DNA of 64,000 nt from Dehalococcoidia bacterium (GTDB lineage Bacteria; Chloroflexota; Dehalococcoidia; Plut-88900), in assembly GCA_965197645.1 (NCBI GenBank), contig OZ240219.1, forward strand, positions 1,920,001 through 1,984,000, written 5' to 3'. Under the pieces are notes generated by a model. That model searched no databases and was not told the DNA's origin. It saw only the letters and a list, made by a program, of their open reading frames with translations. Below are positions 57,194 through 64,000 of the stretch, in pieces; position 1 is the first letter of the stretch; each line of letters starts with the position of its first letter. Made by a program: the position numbers and the translations under genes.

Positions 57194-58705
57194 TCAGTTG
57201 GACTCGTCGCTGTGCCAGCCCGAGCCGAACATCATCCCGTCCTGGCCGAGGATCCAGACCCGCACGTCCTCGGTGGTCACCCAGTTGCCCTCTGCGGTGG
57301 CCTCGAACCTATCCGTGCCGAGGAGGTCTTTGATGTCCCTTCCCACCATTGCTTTGTCGTAGTGGTCTATGATCGTGCCGCTTTCGTCGGCTATGAACGC
57401 GAACCAGTCCCCTTCAACGTTTTCGGCGCTGTTGTAGTAGGCGATGACCGCAGCCAGTCCCGCAAAAGCAATCTCGGGGCTGGCGAAGTAGGCGATGGTC
57501 CCCTCCAGCCCTACTTCACGGAACACGCGGGCAGCTGTGGCCACCAGGGACTTGGTGAACTCGTCGGCGTTAATGTACCAGCCGGAGGCGAACAGCAGGC
57601 CGTCGTGCCGCACGGCCCAGACGTTCTTGAGCTCCAGGTGATCGAAATCGATACCAAGACCCCCGCTCTCCGGGTTCCGGTACACGTAGGACACCCACTT
57701 GCCGTCCTCGGTGGCCGACAGCATCTCCGGCCCGAAGTTGTAGCCGTTGGCGTCTGTGCCCACCCAGCCCTTCACGTCCAGCCCCAGGCGCCGTGCGTCG
57801 GGATGGCCGATGACCAGATCGTTCTCGTCGATGATGAAGACGTACCACTGGCCGTCGACGCTCTCCGGGCGGTTGTAGTAGGCGAGGGTCTCCTCCAGGC
57901 CCACGGCGTCGTACAGGTTCGTCGCCTGCTGGACGAACGCCTTGGTGTAGGCGGGGGTGTCCGACTTGCTGGGGCCGGACTCGTACCAGCCGGACCCGAA
58001 GATCAACCCGTCGTGGATAATCACCCAGGAGTGCTTGATCTCCACAGCGCCGGAGGCGGGATTGGCATAGGTGTAGTCGAACCAGGCGCCGCTCTCCGTG
58101 GCTGAGGCGGCGATCGCAGCCCCCGCGGGGTAGGCGTTGGGACCGAGTGCCTGCGAAGCGCGCTTGCCCAAGAGGTCCGGGGCCGCGGCGTTAGCCATGA
58201 TGGTTTGGTTCCCGTCGGCGATGAAGACGTACCACTGACCATCTATGCTCTCCGGGCGGTTATAGTAGGCGAGGGTGGCGTCGAGTCCCTGGGTCTCGTA
58301 CATGGTGATGGCGTTGTCGACGAAGAACCTGGTGTACTCGGCGGGGGCGGACTTGGGCGGAATGGAGGCCACTACGCCCCGCGCTATCCGCTCGGCCTCT
58401 GCGGCGGTCAGCCTGGCTTGAGGTTCGGGGATGGCCGCGATCGCAGCCTCGACTATCTCCTCGACCTCATTTTCGGTCAGTCCCGCTTCCGGCTGAGACA
58501 TGTCCGCCAACGCCCTGCGGATCGCCTCCTCCACGTCGGTGGAGGTGAGTCCCGGCTCCGGTGCGGGCGCATCGGCCAGCTCCTCACGCACGATCTCCTC
58601 TACCTCGACGCGGGACAGCCCGTCTCCGTCTCCGCAGGCAGCAAGGAGGAGGACGGCCAGCATGGCCAGCGCCGCCAACGACAATGGGACCTTGGTGATC
58701 TTCAT
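57194..58705 (-). CDS. Lipoprotein with three single-Cache-like domains
   Basis: Lipobox LLAAC; three repeats YYN.PES.DGQWYVFI...FGSGWY. Confidence 0.8.
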   Translation of the reverse strand: MKITKVPLSLAALAMLAVLLLAACGDGDGLSRVEVEEIVREELADAPAPEPGLTSTDVEEAIRRALADMSQPEAGLTENEVEEIVEAAIAAIPEPQARLTAAEAERIARGVVASIPPKSAPAEYTRFFVDNAITMYETQGLDATLAYYNRPESIDGQWYVFIADGNQTIMANAAAPDLLGKRASQALGPNAYPAGAAIAASATESGAWFDYTYANPASGAVEIKHSWVIIHDGLIFGSGWYESGPSKSDTPAYTKAFVQQATNLYDAVGLEETLAYYNRPESVDGQWYVFIIDENDLVIGHPDARRLGLDVKGWVGTDANGYNFGPEMLSATEDGKWVSYVYRNPESGGLGIDFDHLELKNVWAVRHDGLLFASGWYINADEFTKSLVATAARVFREVGLEGTIAYFASPEIAFAGLAAVIAYYNSAENVEGDWFAFIADESGTIIDHYDKAMVGRDIKDLLGTDRFEATAEGNWVTTEDVRVWILGQDGMMFGSGWHSDESN

Positions 58706-58768
58706 GTTAGTTGTCCGCTTCGTTCATCATGTATTCAGTAGCGGCTTGACGGGGCAATTCACAACCCG

Positions 58769-60340
58769 CTACAGGCCCCCGATGTCCGCCGACACCATGT
58801 GACCTGAGTCGGCGGCGACGGCGTCGTGAGTCAGGACCGCTGGATTTCCAACCGAGTTGCTGATGAAACCGTCGTTCAGGGTCAGTTTGTTCGCGCCTAT
58901 GGCTATGCCGTCGCTGTCCATGTCGCCGCCGGCGACCACGTAGGTGAAGGTCAGCGTCGCGCCGGCGGGAGGATGGAAGTCGGCGCTCCTGGCTTCGCCG
59001 CCGACATTCAATTCGATCTGCGGCGTGCCTCTTACCCCGACAAATTCGCTGAACGTCACCGAAACGCTTATGGAGTCTCCAAGCCCGTAGGTATCGTCAC
59101 TCCCGGGATCGGACGTGATTGCGACACCAGTTATGGTGGGAGCCCCGGCCGGGTCGGTTCTCTCCACCACGTCAGTGACAGTCACCGTGACGTCCAGCGA
59201 GCCGTCCTTCATCCCCGGTACAGACGCCGTCACCGTGATTTCGTACACATTGTCGCCGTCCGAATCGGCAGGGTCCTCGAAATCGGGTGGACTCTTGAAT
59301 GAGAGGGTCCCGTCGGTGGTGATCTCGAAGTCCCCGCTGTCGTCGCCCGTCAACCCGAACGTCGGGTCCTCCTGTCCGTAGAAGCCGGTTGTCTGGACGT
59401 ATCTTCCTATCGCTCGACGGTGGTTCTCGCGCACCACCGGGGACTGATTGCCGTGCAGTTCCAGGGTGGGAGAGCCGTCGACCTTGTGCCCAGCATCGTC
59501 CTGGACAGCGTCGCTTGAGAGGACCAGGGCCAGTCCGGCGGCGCTTTCGAGGCTGGCGCCATTCGGGTTGAGCGCGTCAGCCTTGAACGAGATGCCGTCG
59601 GCGTCCTGGTCGTTCCATCTCACGTAGTACAGAAAGAGGTAGGCGGCTCCGGAGCCGCCATTGGAGATGGCCACTCTGTCCCCATCTCCAATCACGAAGT
59701 TGAGCTGGGGTCTGCCGCCCCTGGGGCGAACGTCGATGTTGAAAGACACCTTGAATTCGATGGTGTCCGTTCTCTGGTAGGTGTCGTCGTCTCCCGGGTC
59801 GGAAAAGATCTCGATGCCTGTAATGACCGGCGTCACGCCAACCCTGTGCCCGATGTCATCATCAAGGCCGTCGTGGGCCAGATTGGCCTCGTTACCGTCA
59901 GCATCCTCAATGGAACTGCCGCCAAACATCCGAAGGGAGTTTGCCTTGACGGATACGCCATCGGTGTCCAGGTCAATGTTGCTGACCCAGGCCGCAAATA
60001 CAGCCTCTGCGCCCGATGCGCTTTCGTAGCGGGCTTTGGCCTCTCTATTCCCGATTTCCACTATCAGGCCAGGGAATCCCTCTACGACGACATCCTCGCT
60101 GAACGTCACAGCGACCCTTATGTAGTCCTCAACGCCGTATACGCCGTCGTCTCCGGGATCGGACGTGATCTCAAGCGACGATACGGTAGGCGCCCCGGCG
60201 CCATCATTGGCGGCCGCGGATTGAGGCCCTTCCCCCAAAAGGGACACAGAGCAGATGGCGGCCAGGAGCATTAGAGCGGACAACAGGCGGACCCCGCCGT
60301 ACCTCTTCAGTTCGGCTCGATTGCTATTCGGGTTTCTCAT
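58769..60340 (-). CDS. Secreted Ig-like/cadherin repeat protein ending IGGL
   Basis: Signal peptide, three ITSDPGDD.TY...VTFSE-type repeats, cadherin motif PDFEDPADSDGDNVYEITV. Confidence 0.8.
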   Translation of the reverse strand: MRNPNSNRAELKRYGGVRLLSALMLLAAICSVSLLGEGPQSAAANDGAGAPTVSSLEITSDPGDDGVYGVEDYIRVAVTFSEDVVVEGFPGLIVEIGNREAKARYESASGAEAVFAAWVSNIDLDTDGVSVKANSLRMFGGSSIEDADGNEANLAHDGLDDDIGHRVGVTPVITGIEIFSDPGDDDTYQRTDTIEFKVSFNIDVRPRGGRPQLNFVIGDGDRVAISNGGSGAAYLFLYYVRWNDQDADGISFKADALNPNGASLESAAGLALVLSSDAVQDDAGHKVDGSPTLELHGNQSPVVRENHRRAIGRYVQTTGFYGQEDPTFGLTGDDSGDFEITTDGTLSFKSPPDFEDPADSDGDNVYEITVTASVPGMKDGSLDVTVTVTDVVERTDPAGAPTITGVAITSDPGSDDTYGLGDSISVSVTFSEFVGVRGTPQIELNVGGEARSADFHPPAGATLTFTYVVAGGDMDSDGIAIGANKLTLNDGFISNSVGNPAVLTHDAVAADSGHMVSADIGGL

Positions 60341-60436
60341 CTCACTCTCCTTTCATGCCGGCCAAGAGGCGCCGACGCCGCCAAGGACAACTTGCTCAAC
60401 TTCCGGTTAGTCATATGTCTGTGCCTCCGCAAGCCA

Positions 60437-61264
60437 TTAGAGTCCTCCGACCTGAGAGTCCTGGTCTTCCACGAGGACGCGAACATCCGCAAAATAGGTG
60501 GTGTAATCGTCCCGGTCGTAGTGCCACACTATTCCCCAGGCATCGAGTGAGTCATCATCCTCGTAGGTGGATACCGTCACCGTCTGGGGCGTGTTCCAGT
60601 TCTCCGGGGTGAACGTCAAACTGGCAGGCGTTGACTGTACGGTCTGGTACGGAGCCACTACGACGGTGACGTCTTCCGGCGGCTGCGAGACAAGGGTAAC
60701 GGTGTACGTTGCGCTGCCGCCTTCCGCTATCGTGAGGTCTTCCGTGGACAGTTCAAACACGGGCGCCCTGTCGGGACGAGGATAGGTTCGAGCGTCGTTC
60801 TGGACCGCCTGGTCGGAAAAGAGCGGAACGGCGTTCCCGGCAGCGTCAACGAGGATGCCTCCTCCGTTTTCGGCAAATATGTTGTCGTAAGAGACCCGTA
60901 GCTCCTGGTGACCGGATACAGCGAACGACAGCTGCAGCCAGAGCTCGTTGCCGGAGATGTAGTCGTTGTCCGACAGGACGTCATCATGGCCGTCCACGGT
61001 CACGTCCATGACCGCTTTGAAGAAACGGTATACGGGGACGTTGTACTGCTGTATGGCGTATGCAACCGCCGGACTGACGGTGATCTCTTCGCTGAAGGTC
61101 ACGATGACATAGCCCCCATCGGTCCTCGCGCTCTCGAACACCGGGGCATCGGTGTCGGGTTCATCGTCGGCGTCCTGCGCGTTCAGGGTGTAAGGGAAGA
61201 ACGAGAGCGCGCCTGCCACGATCAACACTCCGAGAATCGCGGACAGTTTCGTTGCCTTGACCAC
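60437..61264 (-). CDS. Secreted protein with SwmB-like and Calx-beta-like domains, ending VGGL
   Basis: Signal peptide (LNA-Q), LVDAAGNAV, LTIAEGGSATYTVTL and LTFTPENWNTPQTVTV motifs. Confidence 0.75.
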   Translation of the reverse strand: MVKATKLSAILGVLIVAGALSFFPYTLNAQDADDEPDTDAPVFESARTDGGYVIVTFSEEITVSPAVAYAIQQYNVPVYRFFKAVMDVTVDGHDDVLSDNDYISGNELWLQLSFAVSGHQELRVSYDNIFAENGGGILVDAAGNAVPLFSDQAVQNDARTYPRPDRAPVFELSTEDLTIAEGGSATYTVTLVSQPPEDVTVVVAPYQTVQSTPASLTFTPENWNTPQTVTVSTYEDDDSLDAWGIVWHYDRDDYTTYFADVRVLVEDQDSQVGGL

Positions 61265-61320
61265 TATTGGTATTGCTCTCCTCTACAAGCTGGGCGTGTC
61301 ACGGGGCAATCCCCGGGCCA

Positions 61321-61505
61321 TTAGAGGCCCCCGAGGGGGGTGTAAAACAACTCTGTAGGCCGCGACCACGCGCCCCATCCATCGTCGCCGAACCGGCCGC
61401 GGACCCGGATGCTCACCACGCTGAATTCGCCGTCCGCGATGCGGACCGTCCCGCTCAACTCGGGCCACCTCCCGCCGGTGTTACTCATGGTGAAGCTCAC
61501 GTTGG
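61321..61505 (-). pseudogene. 3' remnant of an FN3-like secreted protein gene ending LGGL
   Basis: Manual translation NVSFTMSNTGGRWPELSGTVRIADGEFSVVSIRVRGRFGDDGWGAWSRPTELFYTPLGGL*, with TAA at 61323-61321. Confidence 0.65.
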
Positions 61506-61778
61506 TGTCGCCGTTGCAGTCGCCTGTGAGGTTGATGTGGCGGTCGGGAGAGCGGTAGGTGTGGGCGTTGCAGCTTCCGGCACCGAGGTGTTTGCCACAG
61601 CCGATGTGGGAGCATGTGTTGGTTCCGGATTGACCCTCTGCTCTGATGAGGTAGTGGTGCTAGAATCGGTCCCGTTTGAAGGAATGGGCTCTGGCTCATC
61701 GGAACACCCGGTTAGCAGGATGGCGAGCACTGCGATGCTCAGCACCAGACCAATGATTGACTTCGACATTGCTTTCAC
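61497..61778 (-). pseudogene. Truncated paralogue of the RCC1 lipoprotein N-terminus (signal peptide plus Thr/Pro linker only)
   Basis: Near-identical DNA and protein to about 62650-62902; joined out of frame to the FN3-like remnant. Confidence 0.75.
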
Positions 61779-61834
61779 GTCCTTAAACGTCCCTACATTG
61801 AAGCTTGTTGGCTCCTCATCACTTGACCTTTGGA

Positions 61835-62902
61835 CTAGGGCGGCGTGGCTTGGCCATAGAAATCATCGCCCCAGCACTCGACGGAGCCGTCGGTCCTCAC
61901 CCCGCAGGTGTGGTACCACCAGGCGCTGACCGAGGCGAACTCCCAGGACGGCGCCGTGGCCTGACCATAGCCATCATCGCCCCAGCACACGACGGAGCCG
62001 TCGGTCCTCACCCCGCAGGTGTGGTACCTCCCGCCGCTGACCGAGGCGAACTCCCCGGACGGCGGCGTGGCCTTACCATATGCAACATCGCCCCAGCACT
62101 CGACGGCGCCGTCGGTCCTCGCCCCGCAGGTGTGGAGCACCCCGGCGCTGACCGAGGCGAACTCCCCGCGCGGCGGCGTGGCCTCGCCATAGCCATCAGC
62201 GCCCCAGCACACGACGGAGCCGTCGGTCCTCACCCCGCAGGTGTGGTTACTCCCGGCGCTGACCGAGGCGAACTCCCCGGACGGCGGCGCGGCCTGGCCA
62301 TGTCTGTCCAAGCCCCAGCACTCGACGGAGCCGTCGGTCCTCGCCCCGCAGGTGTGGAAATACCCGGCGCTGACCGAGGCGAACTCCCCGGACGGCGGCG
62401 TGGCCTGGCCATATTTGTCCCGGCCCCAGCATTGGACGGAGCCGTCGGTCCTCACCCCGCAGGTGTGGAGCCCTCCGCTGCTGACCGAGGCGAACTCCCC
62501 GGACGGCGGCGTAGCCTGACCAGCCCAGCTGGACCCCCAGCACACGACGGAGCCGTCGGTCCTCACCCCGCAGGTGTGGGACACCCCGGCGCTGACGGAG
62601 GCGAACTCCTCGGCGGACCTGGTCTTTGGTGCGGCGGCAGTCGCCGTGGCTGTGGGCGTAGCTGTGGCGGTCGGGAGAGCGGCAGGTGTGGGCGTTGCAG
62701 CTTCCGGCACCGGGATGTTTGTCAGAGCCGATGTGGGAGCATGTGTTGGCTCAGGATTGACCCCCTGCTCCGATGAGGTGGTGCTGGAATCGATCTCGTT
62801 CGAAGGATTGGGATCTGGCTCATCGGAACACCCGGTTAGCAGGATGGCGAGGATCGCGATGCTCAGCACCAGACCAATGATTGACTTCGACATTGCTTTC
62901 AC
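61835..62902 (-). CDS. Lipoprotein with seven RCC1-like beta-propeller repeats
   Basis: Lipobox LTGC, Thr/Pro linker, 7 x EFASVSAGxxHTCGVRTDGSVxCWG (111 bp DNA unit). Confidence 0.9.
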   Translation of the reverse strand: MKAMSKSIIGLVLSIAILAILLTGCSDEPDPNPSNEIDSSTTSSEQGVNPEPTHAPTSALTNIPVPEAATPTPAALPTATATPTATATAAAPKTRSAEEFASVSAGVSHTCGVRTDGSVVCWGSSWAGQATPPSGEFASVSSGGLHTCGVRTDGSVQCWGRDKYGQATPPSGEFASVSAGYFHTCGARTDGSVECWGLDRHGQAAPPSGEFASVSAGSNHTCGVRTDGSVVCWGADGYGEATPPRGEFASVSAGVLHTCGARTDGAVECWGDVAYGKATPPSGEFASVSGGRYHTCGVRTDGSVVCWGDDGYGQATAPSWEFASVSAWWYHTCGVRTDGSVECWGDDFYGQATPP

Positions 62903-63186
62903 GTCCTTAACTTCCCTAAGTGGAACCTTGCTAACTCCTCTTCGCTTGACCTTTCATCGAATGGGGGGCGGACCGGGTCGCGGAGACCACGTCAACACGG
63001 GCTGTTGCGACCGCCGTCTCTGCTCCGTCGAGCATTGGGATTCCTCGTCTACCGGTACTGGTCATCGCTCCCCTCTCCTAGCGTCGTATGATTGCCTGGA
63101 CACTTCCTTGCCCATGACAAGGCTTGCCGCCCGAAAAGCAGCCCTTGTCAACATAAATCGTAGAGAGCTTCCAAGCCGGATATAAG

Positions 63187-63258
63187 GTGCAAATGTCTAT
63201 TTTGCTCTAGGCATTTATCTAGACATTTGTCTATAGGAATTGCATAGGCAAATGACTA
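63187..63258. promoter_or_regulatory. Cluster of 14-bp palindromic TAGrCAwwTrnCTA boxes
   Basis: TAGGCATTTATCTA (63208), TAGACATTTGTCTA (63220), TAGGCAAATGACTA (63245), plus partial GCAAATGTCTA (63189), in an AT-rich island. Confidence 0.6.
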
Positions 63259-63611
63259 CGAGGGGCCTATGCACATGCCGCGGCAGGTCTCAGCCCGGCG
63301 TGTTCAGGAAGCGGTGTGGACGCTCAACGGGACTCCCATCGGCTGACGGTCGGGGAATGGCGGGACGCAGCCGTGAGCGTCGAAATGGCGGCGGCGGTCT
63401 GGAACAAGCCGGAGGCCCCCGCCGTTACAGCAGGGGCCTCGTCGCTGCTCGCTCCGTTACCTGTCGGTCTGCTTCCTCGGTTCCCGGCGGACCGACGGCG
63501 GGGCAAGGCAGGAGGGCTTGCGGCGCGAACGCTGCGGGGCCGCCTTGCCGGGGGACGTTGGGCGGGCGGTGGAGGCGCTATCGAGTCGTGGGGAGTTGGC
63601 GCGGGAGAAAT

Positions 63612-64000
63612 TCAGCCGAGCTCTCGGTCCACCAGTCCGTTTCGCACGGCCCAGACGACGATCTCCTGCTTGCTGCCGAATCCCAGCTTGTCCTGTATGT
63701 GGTAGATGGTGTTGCGGACCGTCGATGAGCGGTTGCCCCTGGCCTCGGCGATGGCGGCGTACGACATCCCCTGCGCGAACTGCGCGAGTATCTCCTTCTC
63801 CCTCGATGTCAGCTCCTTCCTCCGGGGCGAATCAATGTCCTCCGGCAGGTGGCGCAGCCGCCTGAACACCCGTCTCATCACGTCCCGGGGCATCCGGTAC
63901 TCGCCTCCGGCTACGTCCCTGACCATTGCCAACAGCTGCTCCGTCCCGGTGAACTTCTGAAGGTATCCGTCGGCGCCGGCGGCCACCGCCTCTATGACGG
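63612..64000 (-). CDS. NarL/LuxR-family response regulator (5' end outside the window)
   Basis: AGADGYLQK receiver end, then LTSREKEIL...G.SYAAIAE...TVRN...IQDKLG LuxR HTH. Confidence 0.9.
   Translation of the reverse strand, partial: VIEAVAAGADGYLQKFTGTEQLLAMVRDVAGGEYRMPRDVMRRVFRRLRHLPEDIDSPRRKELTSREKEILAQFAQGMSYAAIAEARGNRSSTVRNTIYHIQDKLGFGSKQEIVVWAVRNGLVDRELG

Noticed and set aside
61840-62610. Regular 111-bp repeats as a possible CRISPR array
   Set aside because: The unit is a multiple of 3 and encodes RCC1 repeats in frame; there are no unique spacers.
63240-63728. Plus-strand ORFs downstream of the palindrome cluster
   Set aside because: Low complexity, overlapping the response regulator antisense, and no recognisable domain.
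1-64000. tRNA, rRNA, integrase or transposase genes
   Set aside because: None recognised by eye, so the ends of the mobile element cannot be placed.

Overview
High-GC bacterial window with three blocks. The repeat-rich secreted proteins and minimal conjugation module suggest a Chloroflexota/Dehalococcoidia-like host, but that is inference only. (1) About 1-21,200 is a defence-like island. It holds an XRE HTH regulator divergent from a ubiquitin-like operon (multi-ubiquitin Ubl, ThiF/E1, DUF6527), PD-(D/E)XK-type proteins, DUF2513, and a GT32 gene next to a GT25-sulfotransferase-GH16 fusion. It also holds a type III R-M pair with a frameshifted VapC between res and mod and an antitoxin-like tail on Res, a coupled TIGR04255-like/HEAT/ART-like triad, and a RelE-UvrD fusion. 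(2) About 21,570-51,400 is the core of a conjugative element. The minus strand carries a replication-relaxation relaxase, VirD4, VirB4, two pilins, PrgI-like and VirB6-like genes. The plus strand carries a leading-region-like operon (primase, Rad52/Sak, TSCPD, Cas4-like nuclease, SSB, RadC, methylase, SNF2 helicase) and a PRTRC-type ubiquitin-like module. No integrase or att site is visible. (3) About 51,600-64,000 is a cluster of secreted and lipoprotein genes (PPDK-like adhesin, triple Cache lipoprotein, cadherin/Ig proteins, RCC1-repeat lipoprotein) plus a partial NarL/LuxR regulator. The most striking unexplained pattern is that three consecutive unrelated reading frames in this cluster all end in [I/V/L]-G-G-L-stop, a candidate C-terminal processing or anchoring signal. 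All family calls come from motif recognition by eye, not database searches.
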